Shown: positions 1 through 17,292 of the stretch, piece by piece
How positions within the stretch are numbered: the stretch's first letter is position 1
How the letters are laid out: each line of letters opens with the position of its first letter
NCBI RefSeq assembly: GCF_001677475.2
Contig: NZ_CP015229.1
Length of the DNA stretch: 64,000 nucleotides
Origin: Escherichia coli
GTDB taxonomy: Bacteria; Pseudomonadota; Gammaproteobacteria; Enterobacterales; Enterobacteriaceae
Strand: one strand, 5' to 3'
Program-made: the position numbers and the translations under genes
Notes under the pieces: model-generated
The model's input: the letters and a program-made list of their open reading frames with translations, nothing else
Database searches by the model: none
What the model was told of the DNA's origin: nothing

Positions 1-1267
1 AAATTAACGTTGCGATACCAAGGTTGAAGAGTGCAACCAGCAATGCGGCGACGCTACCGTTGGTGTTAAAGAAGGCTCCCAGACCGGTTGGCATGGTCCA
101 CGGTGCAATATTGGTCACCGGAGGAATAATACCCATGTAGTACGCTGCCAGGGTGATTGCCGCCAGAATCGGTTGTACCAGTACAAACGGGATAAACATC
201 ACCGGGTTCATGATAATTGGCAGACCAAACAGAATCGGTTCGTTAATCTGGAAGATGCCGGACGGCAGCGCCAGTTTTGCCACCTGACGATAATCAGCAC
301 GGCGAGAGGCGATAAAGATAGCCAGGATCAGACCTAAAGTCGCACCACTGCCCCCAAGGAAAATAAAGGAGTCCAGCATCGGCTTGGCCCAGATATGGAA
401 GGTCTTACCGGCTGCCAGAGCCGCTTCGACGGAACCATATTGCTGATAGGTCGCGATATTTTCCAGCGCCCACGGCGTCATAATGCCGTTGTCCAGTGCG
501 GTCAGCGCCAGCGCGCCATGAATACCGAAGAACCAGAGCAGTGGAACAAAGATCACATAGGCCCAGCCCACCACGCTACCCAACGATGCCAGTGGGGTTG
601 AGATGGTATCCATAATGATCTGATGGAAGTTGGTGCCCCAGGTATTCAACGCCCAGGCAATAATCCCCATCACGGAAAGAATAATAAAGCCGGGAATTAA
701 AGCCGAGAAGGAACGCGATACTGAAGCAGGTACGCTATCGGGCAATTTAATGACCCAATTGCGGCGGACAATAAAGGTAAACATTTCTGCCACCACCAGG
801 CCAATAATAATCCCGGAGATGATATTCGCCCCACCTAACCAGTTTGCGCCAACCGCATAGGCCTCCCCGACACTATATGGGGTGACGGTCATAAATGCTG
901 CAACGGATAACAACCCAGCCGCCAGCGCATCGACTTTACGCTCTTCTGCCAGCGCCATGCCAATAAAGAACGGTGCCATTAAAGACATTATCCCTAATGT
1001 TCCGTTATATACGTTGCCGCCAATACCTTTCAGACCATTAAGTGTTTCAATGGTTGAGGCGTCGAGGCGAATACCTAAGGAATAAAAAAACGACCCCTCC
1101 CCAAAGCTTAGAAAAACGTTGTTAATTAATACAAACATGGCCCCCGCAAGGGTTAACGGCATTAAGCGAATAAAGCCATTTTTGATTGCATTAACGTGTG
1201 GCTGCTTTCCTATTTTAACTGCAAAAGGGAGGAGTACCTTTTCAAGCGATGCAATAACATTACTCAT
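1..1267 (-). CDS. chbC: PTS N,N'-diacetylchitobiose-specific EIIC component; start codon at 1265-1267, 3-prime end runs off the window start
   Basis: Minus-strand reading frame open to the window edge; reverse complement of 1251-1267 gives ATGAGTAATGTTATTGC (MSNVIA...), recognised as K-12 ChbC; sits directly downstream of chbB as in the chb operon. Confidence 0.85.
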
Positions 1268-1351
1268 AGAAAAATACCCTTAAAAACCGCAATTTAAATA
1301 TTGCGGTATTGATTTATGAAATAACTCTTTGACGGGAAAATTTAAAAAAAA
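1268..1351 (-). promoter_or_regulatory. chbB-chbC intergenic region; in K-12 this spacer carries the decoy target that pairs with ChiX sRNA
   Basis: Position between chbB stop and chbC start; function taken from established knowledge, base-pairing not verified here. Confidence 0.4.
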
Positions 1352-1672
1352 TTAATTTGCTGCGGCTTTTTTAATCGCTGCAACCGCAGCCTTAAGCACG
1401 CCTAAACCATCGACTTTGCCATAAAGCAGCGAGTCAATTACTTCGACCGGTTTGTTGGGTAACAAACGCTGGATTTCGGGCAACATATAAGCAATCTGTG
1501 GCCCTAATAACACGACATCGGCATTCTGACCTTTTTCACCAGCCAGTGTTTCCGGAAATGCTTCAATAATGACCGGAACTTCATATTTTTCTGCCTGTGC
1601 GCGCATTTTTGATACCAGTAAAGAGGTAGACATGCCCGCAGAACAAAACAGATAAATGTGTTTCTTTTCCAT
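1352..1672 (-). CDS. chbB: PTS N,N'-diacetylchitobiose-specific EIIB component
   Basis: ORF track 106 aa [23 protein letters not shown]...; recognised as ChbB. Confidence 0.95.
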   Translation of the reverse strand: MEKKHIYLFCSAGMSTSLLVSKMRAQAEKYEVPVIIEAFPETLAGEKGQNADVVLLGPQIAYMLPEIQRLLPNKPVEVIDSLLYGKVDGLGVLKAAVAAIKKAAAN

Positions 1673-1910
1673 AAAACTGCCCTCATCGACGATTATCTGT
1701 CAGCCAGACACTCCGCAAGCCTTAACCTGCTTCCATGCTCTGGGTAACTTGCGAAACCAACATGACTTTTTTTGTGGCTGAAAGGAGTATACGGTATAGA
1801 CCTGAGCAATAGTATTTCTTTGACCTTATAAATTGTCTCTCCTTGACCTGCGGTTATGACCCTCTTCACATTTCGGGCAAATAATTCGCGAAGATAATTA
1901 AGAACTCAGG
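1673..1910 (-). promoter_or_regulatory. chb operon promoter/operator region (NagC, ChbR and CRP regulated in K-12)
   Basis: About 240 bp AT-rich non-coding region upstream of chbB; site positions not resolved. Confidence 0.4.
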
Positions 1911-1911
1911 C

Positions 1912-1940
1912 CAAAAAAAACCGGCGCAATGGCCGGTTTC
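1912..1940 (-). terminator. intrinsic terminator downstream of osmE
   Basis: On the minus strand a GC hairpin (aaccggcc/ggccggtt) is followed by a run of 8 T. Confidence 0.7.
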
Positions 1941-1970
1941 CGTTGTAACTCAAGCTTTCAGGCGAAGTGA

Positions 1971-2309
1971 TTACTTCGCAGCCTGTGGATCAGTGTCGTA
2001 TTCAGCACAGGTCTGATAACCGGAGTTGATGACATGTCCGGTATCATCTAACGCGACAAAGTAGGTTTCTGCTTTACCATCACGTTGACCCAGGATGTAG
2101 GTCTGGCAAGTACCACGAGCATGGATCATGCTCACTTCAGACGAAGGTTTACCCGCAATTTGTGCAACCTGCGCCCGGCTCATGCCTTTTTTGACGTCTT
2201 TCACCACAGGCTGTACAAACTGGTCTTTGGTACGATCATAAGCCGTACAACCCGCCAGCATGGTTAATACCGCCGCTGCACTCAGAATTCCTGCCATATT
2301 CTTGTTCAT
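1971..2309 (-). CDS. osmE: osmotically inducible lipoprotein OsmE
   Basis: ORF track 112 aa [21 protein letters not shown]... with lipobox; recognised as OsmE. Confidence 0.95.
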
Positions 2310-2510
2310 ATTCCGTCCTCTTGTTTATCAGCGTGTTAGATAAGCCTGGAATACATTGGGCGCTTTTTCAAGCCCGTGAACGAAACGGCTCCGCTTTCAG
2401 AGGATTCCTGTATGACGTTTTAACCACCATTCAGCCCGCTGTCGCTTGTCGTTTCAGTAGCAACGGGTTAGCTTTAAGGAAGTTTTGTCTTTTCTGTCTG
2501 GAGGGGTTCA

Positions 2511-3338
2511 ATGACATTGCAACAACAAATAATAAAGGCGCTGGGCGCAAAACCGCAGATTAATGCTGAAGAGGAAATTCGTCGTAGTGTCGATTTTCTG
2601 AAAAGCTACCTGCAAACTTATCCGTTCATTAAATCACTGGTGCTCGGGATCAGCGGCGGTCAGGACTCCACGCTTGCCGGAAAGCTGTGCCAGATGGCGA
2701 TTAATGAGCTGCGCCAGGAAACTGGCAACGAATCGCTGCAATTTATTGCCGTACGCCTGCCCTATGGTGTTCAGGCCGACGAACAAGATTGCCAGGATGC
2801 CATTGCCTTTATTCAACCGGATCGCGTATTAACCGTTAATATCAAGGGCGCGGTATTGGCCAGCGAACAGGCGCTGCGCGAAGCGGGTATTGAATTAAGT
2901 GATTTTGTCCGTGGCAATGAAAAAGCGCGTGAGCGGATGAAAGCACAATATAGCATTGCGGGTATGACCAGCGGTGTCGTGGTGGGCACCGATCATGCAG
3001 CAGAAGCCATTACCGGATTCTTCACTAAATATGGTGACGGCGGTACGGACATTAATCCACTGTATCGTCTCAACAAACGTCAGGGTAAACAGTTACTGGC
3101 AGCATTAGGTTGCCCGGAACACCTTTATAAGAAAGCCCCAACTGCCGATCTGGAAGATGATCGCCCTTCTCTGCCAGATGAAGTGGCACTCGGCGTGACC
3201 TATGACAATATCGACGACTATCTGGAAGGGAAAAACCTACCTGAACAGGTCGCCAGAACAATAGAGAACTGGTATCTGAAAACCGAACATAAACGCCGTC
3301 CGCCAATTACCGTTTTCGATGATTTCTGGAAAAAGTAA
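2511..3338 (+). CDS. nadE: NH3-dependent NAD+ synthetase
   Basis: ORF track 275 aa [26 protein letters not shown]...; SGGQDS ATP-PPase motif; recognised as NadE. Confidence 0.95.
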   Translation: MTLQQQIIKALGAKPQINAEEEIRRSVDFLKSYLQTYPFIKSLVLGISGGQDSTLAGKLCQMAINELRQETGNESLQFIAVRLPYGVQADEQDCQDAIAFIQPDRVLTVNIKGAVLASEQALREAGIELSDFVRGNEKARERMKAQYSIAGMTSGVVVGTDHAAEAITGFFTKYGDGGTDINPLYRLNKRQGKQLLAALGCPEHLYKKAPTADLEDDRPSLPDEVALGVTYDNIDDYLEGKNLPEQVARTIENWYLKTEHKRRPPITVFDDFWKK

Positions 3339-3377
3339 TAATTTGCACATATTGGTTTGTGCGAAAAAGAGTACTTT

Positions 3378-3415
3378 GTTCACGCCGGATGCGGCGTGAA
3401 CGCCTTATTCGCCCC
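3378..3415. repeat. REP-like palindromic element downstream of nadE
   Basis: gttcacgccggatgcggcgtgaacgcc, imperfect palindrome matching the REP consensus family. Confidence 0.55.
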
Positions 3416-3567
3416 ACAAAACTATGCAAATTCAATATATTGCATGAGTCGAATAGGCCTGACAGGCGTAGCACGTCAGACGGTGTAACCTTTGTCATCA
3501 ACCCGCCTCTTTTTTAATCGCTCCCCGCCTGTTACACTGGATAGATAACCAGCATTCGGAGTCAACA

Positions 3568-5068
<1,501 letters not shown>

Positions 5069-5103
5069 TTAGTGGCGATCAGGCTTTTTTTGCATCTGTT
5101 TGA

Positions 5104-5170
5104 GAACAAAAAAGAAAACCGCCGATCCTGTCCACCGCATTACTGCAAGGTAGTGGACAAGACCGGCGGT
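5104..5170 (-). terminator. intrinsic terminator downstream of spy
   Basis: Stem ccgccg.../...cggcgg with nested tgtccac/gtggaca, followed on the minus strand by a TTTTCTTTTTT tract. Confidence 0.6.
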
Positions 5171-5192
5171 CTTAAGTTTTTTGGCTGAAAGA

Positions 5193-5678
5193 TTATTCAG
5201 CAGTTGCAGGCATTTTACCTTTTGCCGCTGGACGTTCTGTCAGACGCTTCTCAAAATTAGCATTAAATTGCTTTTTCTGTTCCGGCGTCAGGATGTTGTA
5301 AATCTTGTTCTGGGTTTCCATGTGCGCCAGCATGTTAGCTTTGCGCTGTTCTTCCATTTTTGCGATCTGCGCTTCAGCTTTTGCTTTATCGAAGGTATCG
5401 CTGGCAATGATGTCATGCATTGCGCGGCGTTCTTCCAGCGGCGGACGTTTCATCTGGTCACGCTGGCCTTTCATGATTTCGCGGATCTGCTGTTTCTGCG
5501 CGTCGGTCAGGTTCAGGTCTTTGAACATCATGTCCTGATGCGGACCGAACTTGCCTTTGTGGTGCATCATCGGCTTCGCGTCAGCCGGTGCTGCGGTAGT
5601 GGTGTCTGCAGCATGGGCCAGGTTAGCCGCGCCAAGAGCCAGGGTAGAGGCAACAAACAGTGCAGTTAATTTACGCAT
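5193..5678 (-). CDS. spy: periplasmic ATP-independent chaperone Spy
   Basis: ORF track 161 aa MRKLTALFVASTLALGAANLAHA...; recognised as Spy. Confidence 0.95.
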   Translation of the reverse strand: MRKLTALFVASTLALGAANLAHAADTTTAAPADAKPMMHHKGKFGPHQDMMFKDLNLTDAQKQQIREIMKGQRDQMKRPPLEERRAMHDIIASDTFDKAKAEAQIAKMEEQRKANMLAHMETQNKIYNILTPEQKKQFNANFEKRLTERPAAKGKMPATAE

Positions 5679-5830
5679 ATTCTATATCCTTCCTTTCAGT
5701 TATTTATTACGGCTTTCTTAAGTAGCGTGCCGTGTTGACGAGATTAACTTTACTGACTTTAGCGTCAATTAATCAGAGCAACGGTAAAACAATGAAAGTG
5801 TAAAAAACACTTTTGCGCCAATTATGGAGA
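5679..5830 (-). promoter_or_regulatory. spy promoter region (CpxR/BaeR-controlled in K-12)
   Basis: Upstream non-coding region with GTAAA repeats at 5784-5788 and 5800-5804; spacing does not fit the canonical CpxR box, so individual sites are not called. Confidence 0.35.
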
Positions 5831-6007
5831 AAAAAAGAAAATTTGATGGAGAGTGATGAGAGAATATTACAACACGATGATTTTGCAGAGATTATGAAGA
5901 ACTATACCGGATGACTGGTGATAAATAAAGCAAATAACCAGGATTAATCTGTATTAATTTATAAGAAAGCAACTTAATACCCGCAGAATGATTTCTGCGG
6001 GTAAGTA

Positions 6008-12071
<6,064 letters not shown>

Positions 12072-12107
12072 TTAATAATAAGTAATGTTTGCGCTGTAAA
12101 TGTAGAT

Positions 12108-12123
12108 TGCAGGGTTCGTGCCA
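12108..12123 (-). promoter_or_regulatory. candidate sigma54 (-24/-12) promoter element for astCADBE
   Basis: Minus strand reads TGGCAC-gaacc-CTGCA, one mismatch to TGGCAC-N5-TTGCA, about 75 bp upstream of the astC ATG; ARG-box-like TGCAT/TGAAT half-sites nearby at about 12187-12217. Confidence 0.5.
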
Positions 12124-12480
12124 GCCAGTGATAAAAGTGCATAAACGGCGGAGGCTAACTGGAAATCAAGGAGTTATAACCAAACCATATGCATTTAAAG
12201 TGCATATAAAGTGAATACGTTTGCGATGTGGGTGAATAAAAAGAATAAAAAACGCAATGTTATGCAGAAGTAAAATATAATTCTGGAATTGTGATCATTG
12301 ACGAAATTTACTGGAAATTACTGCGCCATTCTGACGCAGCGCGCACCAAAAGCGGGCATTTTTTGCGCCATCGTTGACATCATTAACAACCATCGATCAA
12401 ATCACTTAACAACAGGCGGTAAGCAAAGCGAAATTCTGCTACCATCCACGCACTCTTTATCTGAATAAATGGCAGCGACT

Positions 12481-13287
12481 ATGAAATTTGTCTCTTTTAA
12501 TATCAACGGCCTGCGCGCCAGACCTCACCAGCTTGAAGCCATCGTCGAAAAGCACCAACCGGATGTGATTGGCCTGCAGGAGACAAAAGTTCATGACGAT
12601 ATGTTTCCGCTCGAAGAGGTGGCGAAGCTCGGCTACAACGTGTTTTATCACGGGCAGAAAGGCCATTATGGCGTGGCGCTGCTGACCAAAGAGACGCCGA
12701 TTGCCGTGCGTCGCGGCTTTCCCGGTGACGACGAAGAGGCGCAGCGGCGGATTATTATGGCGGAAATCCCCTCACCGCTGGGTAATGTCACCGTGATCAA
12801 CGGTTACTTCCCGCAGGGTGAAAGCCGCGACCATCCGATAAAATTCCCGGCAAAGGCGCAGTTTTATCAGAATCTGCAAAACTACCTGGAAACCGAACTC
12901 AAGCGTGAAAATCCGGTGCTGATTATGGGCGATATGAATATCAGTCCTGGCGACCTGGATATTGGCATTGGCGAAGAGAACCGTAAGCGCTGGCTGCGTA
13001 CCGGAAAATGCTCTTTCCTTCCGGAGGAACGCGAATGGATGGAGAGACTGATGAGCTGGGGGTTGGTCGATACCTTCCGCCATGCGAATCCGCAAACAGC
13101 AGATCGTTTCTCATGGTTTGATTACCGCTCAAAAGGTTTTGACGATAACCGTGGTCTGCGCATCGACCTGCTTCTCGCCAGCCAACCGCTGGCAGAATGT
13201 TGCGTAGAAACCGGCATCGACTATGAAATTCGCAGCATGGAAAAACCGTCCGATCACGCCCCCGTCTGGGCGACCTTCCGCCGCTAA
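12481..13287 (+). CDS. xthA: exodeoxyribonuclease III
   Basis: ORF track 272 aa trimmed to ATG at 12481 ([14 protein letters not shown]...). Confidence 0.9.
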   Translation: MKFVSFNINGLRARPHQLEAIVEKHQPDVIGLQETKVHDDMFPLEEVAKLGYNVFYHGQKGHYGVALLTKETPIAVRRGFPGDDEEAQRRIIMAEIPSPLGNVTVINGYFPQGESRDHPIKFPAKAQFYQNLQNYLETELKRENPVLIMGDMNISPGDLDIGIGEENRKRWLRTGKCSFLPEEREWMERLMSWGLVDTFRHANPQTADRFSWFDYRSKGFDDNRGLRIDLLLASQPLAECCVETGIDYEIRSMEKPSDHAPVWATFRR

Positions 13288-13453
13288 TTTAGCAGCTCTC
13301 CTGGCTCAAACTGGGTCAGGAGAATTAACCTTGAGAAAAATCAACAAACTGTCAGTAATGATTTGTTGCCTGCCGTCCTTTGTTATACCGTCACTGCGTT
13401 TTTAGTTGTCTGACCACTTCTCTATTATCAAGTTTGATATAGGAAACTCCACG

Positions 13454-14164
13454 ATGAACGCTGAGCGTAAATTTCTGTTTGCCTGTCTTATTTTTGCGCT
13501 GGTCATTTACGCTATCCACGCTTTCGGTTTATTCGATCTGCTCACCGATTTACCCCACTTACAGACACTCATCCGCCAGAGCGGATTGTTCGGTTATAGC
13601 CTCTATATTCTGTTATTCATCATTGCCACCCTCTTTCTGTTACCAGGAAGCATACTGGTGATCGCTGGAGGAATAGTTTTTGGCCCGCTCTTAGGGACAC
13701 TACTCTCATTAATTGCCGCCACGCTCGCCTCCTCGTGCTCATTCCTGCTGGCGCGCTGGCTGGGACGTGATTTACTGCTGAAATACGTGGGCCATAGCCA
13801 TACCTTTCAGGCCATTGAAAAAGGCATTGCGCGTAACGGTATTGATTTTCTTATTCTGACCCGCTTAATCCCGTTGTTTCCTTACAATATTCAAAATTAC
13901 GCTTACGGATTAACCACAATCGCCTTCTGGCCTTATACCCTTATTTCGGCACTCACGACCCTACCCGGTATTGTTATTTATACCGTGATGGCAAGCGATC
14001 TCGCCAATGAAGGCATTACGCTGCGCTTTATTTTACAACTCTGTCTGGCGGGCCTGGCGCTGTTTATTCTCGTCCAGCTCGCAAAACTCTACGCCCGACA
14101 CAAACATGTGGATCTGTCTGCTTCGCGCCGCAGCCCACTTACTCACCCAAAAAATGAAGGATAG
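13454..14164 (+). CDS. ydjX: DedA/TVP38-family inner membrane protein
   Basis: ORF track 252 aa trimmed to ATG at 13454 with upstream aggaaa RBS; multi-pass hydrophobic. Confidence 0.8.
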   Translation: MNAERKFLFACLIFALVIYAIHAFGLFDLLTDLPHLQTLIRQSGLFGYSLYILLFIIATLFLLPGSILVIAGGIVFGPLLGTLLSLIAATLASSCSFLLARWLGRDLLLKYVGHSHTFQAIEKGIARNGIDFLILTRLIPLFPYNIQNYAYGLTTIAFWPYTLISALTTLPGIVIYTVMASDLANEGITLRFILQLCLAGLALFILVQLAKLYARHKHVDLSASRRSPLTHPKNEG

Positions 14165-14168
14165 AACG

Positions 14169-14846
14169 ATGTTGCAACATTATTCAGTGTCATGGAAAAA
14201 AGGACTGGCTGCACTCTGCTTACTGGCTGTTGCTGGGCTTAGCGGCTGCGATCAAAAAGAGAATGCGGCGGCAAAAGTGGAATACGACGGACTTTCGAAC
14301 AGCCAACCGCTGCGTGTCGATGCCAATAACCATACGGTAACCATGCTGGTGCAAATTAATGGTCGTTTCCTCACCGACGACACTCGTCACGGTATTGTGT
14401 TTAAAGATGGCTCCAACGGACATAAATCGCTGTTTATGGGTTATGCGACCCCGAAAGCATTTTATGAAGCCCTGAAAGAGGCAGGTGGTACACCGGGCGA
14501 AAACATGACGATGGATAATAAAGAAACGACTCATGTCACAGGCAGCAAACTGGATATTTCGGTCAACTGGCAAGGGGCGGCAAAAGCGTATTCCTTCGAT
14601 GAAGTGATTGTTGACAGTAATGGCAAGAAACTGGACATGCGCTTTGGCGGTAATTTAACGGCAGCAGAAGAGAAGAAAACGGGCTGCCTGGTGTGTCTGG
14701 ATAGCTGCCCGGTCGGCATCGTCAGCAATGCAACATACACTTATGGTGCGGTTGAAAAACGAGGTGAAGTTAAATTCAAAGGCAATGCCTCGGTTCTCCC
14801 GGCGGATAACACGCTGGCAACGGTTACCTTTAAAATCACCGAATAA
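14169..14846 (+). CDS. ydjY: putative lipoprotein with Cys-rich C-terminus (CLVCLDSCP)
   Basis: Internal ATG at 14169 (MLQHYSVSWKKGLAALCLLAVAGLSGC..., lipobox) within ORF 14007-14846. Confidence 0.8.
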   Translation: MLQHYSVSWKKGLAALCLLAVAGLSGCDQKENAAAKVEYDGLSNSQPLRVDANNHTVTMLVQINGRFLTDDTRHGIVFKDGSNGHKSLFMGYATPKAFYEALKEAGGTPGENMTMDNKETTHVTGSKLDISVNWQGAAKAYSFDEVIVDSNGKKLDMRFGGNLTAAEEKKTGCLVCLDSCPVGIVSNATYTYGAVEKRGEVKFKGNASVLPADNTLATVTFKITE

Positions 14847-14860
14847 AGCCAGGATAAAGG

Positions 14861-15568
14861 ATGATGAATATGCAATCGCGTAAAATCTGGTACTACCGTA
14901 TAACCCTCATCATCCTGTTGTTCGCTATGCTGCTGGCATGGGCGCTGCTTCCCGGCGTCCATGAGTTTATCAATCGCAGCGTTGCGGCGTTTGCCGCCGT
15001 GGACCAACAGGGTATAGAACGCTTTATTCAGTCTTACGGCGCACTAGCGGCAGTTGTCTCGTTCTTGTTGATGATTTTACAGGCCATTGCTGCACCGCTA
15101 CCTGCGTTTTTGATCACCTTTGCCAATGCGTCGCTGTTTGGCGCGTTCTGGGGCGGCTTGCTGTCGTGGACCAGTTCGATGGCCGGCGCGGCGCTGTGCT
15201 TTTTTATCGCCAGAGTGATGGGCCGCGAAGTGGTGGAAAAATTAACCGGCAAAACCGTACTTGACAGTATGGACGGCTTTTTCACTCGCTACGGCAAACA
15301 CACCATCCTGGTCTGTCGGTTATTGCCTTTTGTCCCTTTCGATCCAATCAGCTATGCTGCCGGTCTGACTTCAATACGTTTTCGCTCGTTTTTTATCGCC
15401 ACCGGGCTTGGTCAATTACCGGCGACTATTGTTTATTCCTGGGCGGGCAGCATGTTAACAGGCGGTACTTTCTGGTTTGTCACCGGACTGTTTATTCTGT
15501 TTGCCCTGACCGTGGTGATTTTTATGGCGAAGAAAATATGGCTTGAGCGCCAGAAGAGGAATGCCTGA
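14861..15568 (+). CDS. ydjZ: DedA/TVP38-family inner membrane protein
   Basis: ORF track 235 aa; hydrophobic. Confidence 0.8.
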   Translation: MMNMQSRKIWYYRITLIILLFAMLLAWALLPGVHEFINRSVAAFAAVDQQGIERFIQSYGALAAVVSFLLMILQAIAAPLPAFLITFANASLFGAFWGGLLSWTSSMAGAALCFFIARVMGREVVEKLTGKTVLDSMDGFFTRYGKHTILVCRLLPFVPFDPISYAAGLTSIRFRSFFIATGLGQLPATIVYSWAGSMLTGGTFWFVTGLFILFALTVVIFMAKKIWLERQKRNA

Positions 15569-16116
15569 TGGGTTTACCGCCGCTTAGCAAAATTCCTTTC
15601 ATTTTACGTCCGCAGGCGTGGCTGCATCGTCGCCATTACGGCGAGGTGCTAAGCCCGATTCGCTGGTGGGGGCGAATTCCGTTTATCTTTTATCTGGTGT
15701 CGATGTTTGTCGGCTGGCTGGAGCGCAAACGCTCACCGCTCGATCCGGTAGTGCGATCGCTTGTCAGCGCGCGCATTGCGCAAATGTGCCTGTGTGAGTT
15801 TTGCGTGGATATCACCAGTATGAAAGTCGCCGAGCGCACTGGCAGCACCGATAAACTGCTGGCAGTGGCTGACTGGCGGCAAAGCCCGCTCTTTAGCGAT
15901 GAAGAACGGCTGGCGCTGGAGTACGCCGAAGCCGCAAGCGTAACGCCGCCAACGGTCGATGATGCCCTGCGTACCCGACTGGCTGCGCATTTTGACGCCC
16001 AGGCGCTCACCGAACTGACGGCATTGATCGGCCTGCAAAACCTGTCAGCCCGTTTTAATTCTGCCATGGACATTCCCGCTCAGGGGCTGTGCCGTATTCC
16101 TGAAAAACGTTCTTAA
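15568..16116 (+). CDS. ynjA: carboxymuconolactone decarboxylase / AhpD-like protein
   Basis: ORF track 182 aa; ATG overlaps ydjZ stop by 1 bp (TGATG). Confidence 0.8.
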   Translation: MGLPPLSKIPFILRPQAWLHRRHYGEVLSPIRWWGRIPFIFYLVSMFVGWLERKRSPLDPVVRSLVSARIAQMCLCEFCVDITSMKVAERTGSTDKLLAVADWRQSPLFSDEERLALEYAEAASVTPPTVDDALRTRLAAHFDAQALTELTALIGLQNLSARFNSAMDIPAQGLCRIPEKRS

Positions 16117-16122
16117 GGAGAG

Positions 16123-17292
16123 ATGATGCGCCATTGTGGGTGGTTGCTGGGATTGTTATCGCTGATTTCTTTGGCAACACATGCCAGTGACTGGCAGGAA
16201 ATCAAAAACGACGCCAAAGGGCAAACCGTCTGGTTTAACGCCTGGGGCGGCGATACGGCAATTAACCGCTATCTCGACTGGGTTAGCGGCGAGATGAAAA
16301 CCCATTACGATATAAACCTGAAGATTGTTCATCTCGCGGATGCCGCAGACGCGGTGAAGCGCATTCAGACCGAAGCTGCTGCCGGACGCAAAACAGGCGG
16401 TTCGGTGGATCTGCTCTGGGTGAACGGCGAAAACTTCCGCACCTTAAAAGAGGCCAATTTATTACAAACGGGCTGGGTGGAGACTCTGCCCAACTGGCGC
16501 TATGTCGACACTCAGCTGCCGGTGCGGGAAGATTTTTCAGTGCCTACAGAAGGGGCTGAATCGCCCTGGGGGGGCGCACAACTGACATTTATCGCCCGCC
16601 GCGATGTTACGCCACAGCCACCACAAACACCGCAAGCCTTACTGGAGTTTGCTAAAGTCAATCCCGGCACGGTTACCTATCCGCGCCCACCGGACTTTAC
16701 CGGCACGGCGTTTCTTGAACAGTTGCTGATTATGTTGACACCAGATCCCGCCGCATTAAAAGAAGCTCCGGACGATGCGACTTTCGCCCGTGTCACTGCG
16801 CCCTTGTGGCAATTTCTTGATGCGCTGCATCCGTATTTATGGCGCGAAGGAAAGGATTTCCCGCCTTCGCCCGCGCGGATGGATGCTCTGCTGAAAGCCG
16901 GCACATTGCGCCTGTCGCTGACCTTTAATCCTGCTCATGCGCAGCAAAAAATCGCCAGCGGCGATTTACCCGTCAGCAGTTACAGCTTTGGCTTTCGCGA
17001 GGGAATGATTGGCAACGTGCATTTCGTCACCATTCCCGCCAACGCGAATGCCAGTGCTGCGGCGAAGGTAGTTGCCAATTTCCTGCTCTCACCCGATGCA
17101 CAACTGCGTAAAGCAGACCCTGCTGTCTGGGGCGATCCTTCGGTTCTCGATCCGCAAAAACTGCCTGACGGGCAGCGCGAAATATTGCAATCAAGAATGC
17201 CGCAGGATCTGCCGCCGGTACTGGCTGAACCGCACGCAGGTTGGGTAAATGCGCTGGAACAAGAATGGCTACACCGTTACGGTACGCATTAA
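16123..17292 (+). CDS. ynjB: ABC transporter periplasmic substrate-binding protein (thiamine-binding-protein-like)
   Basis: ORF track 389 aa with signal peptide MMRHCGWLLGLLSLISLATHA. Confidence 0.8.
   Translation: MMRHCGWLLGLLSLISLATHASDWQEIKNDAKGQTVWFNAWGGDTAINRYLDWVSGEMKTHYDINLKIVHLADAADAVKRIQTEAAAGRKTGGSVDLLWVNGENFRTLKEANLLQTGWVETLPNWRYVDTQLPVREDFSVPTEGAESPWGGAQLTFIARRDVTPQPPQTPQALLEFAKVNPGTVTYPRPPDFTGTAFLEQLLIMLTPDPAALKEAPDDATFARVTAPLWQFLDALHPYLWREGKDFPPSPARMDALLKAGTLRLSLTFNPAHAQQKIASGDLPVSSYSFGFREGMIGNVHFVTIPANANASAAAKVVANFLLSPDAQLRKADPAVWGDPSVLDPQKLPDGQREILQSRMPQDLPPVLAEPHAGWVNALEQEWLHRYGTH

Noticed and set aside
5181-5669. 162-aa plus-strand ORF antisense to spy
   Set aside because: Completely overlaps spy on the opposite strand; low-complexity translation; typical shadow ORF.
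5784-5804. Possible CpxR box (GTAAA repeats) upstream of spy
   Set aside because: The two GTAAA pentamers are 16 bp apart start-to-start rather than the canonical 10 bp, so I call only the general regulatory region.
13297-13322. Hairpin ctcctg-N13-caggag after xthA as a terminator
   Set aside because: No convincing U-tract follows it; too weak to call.
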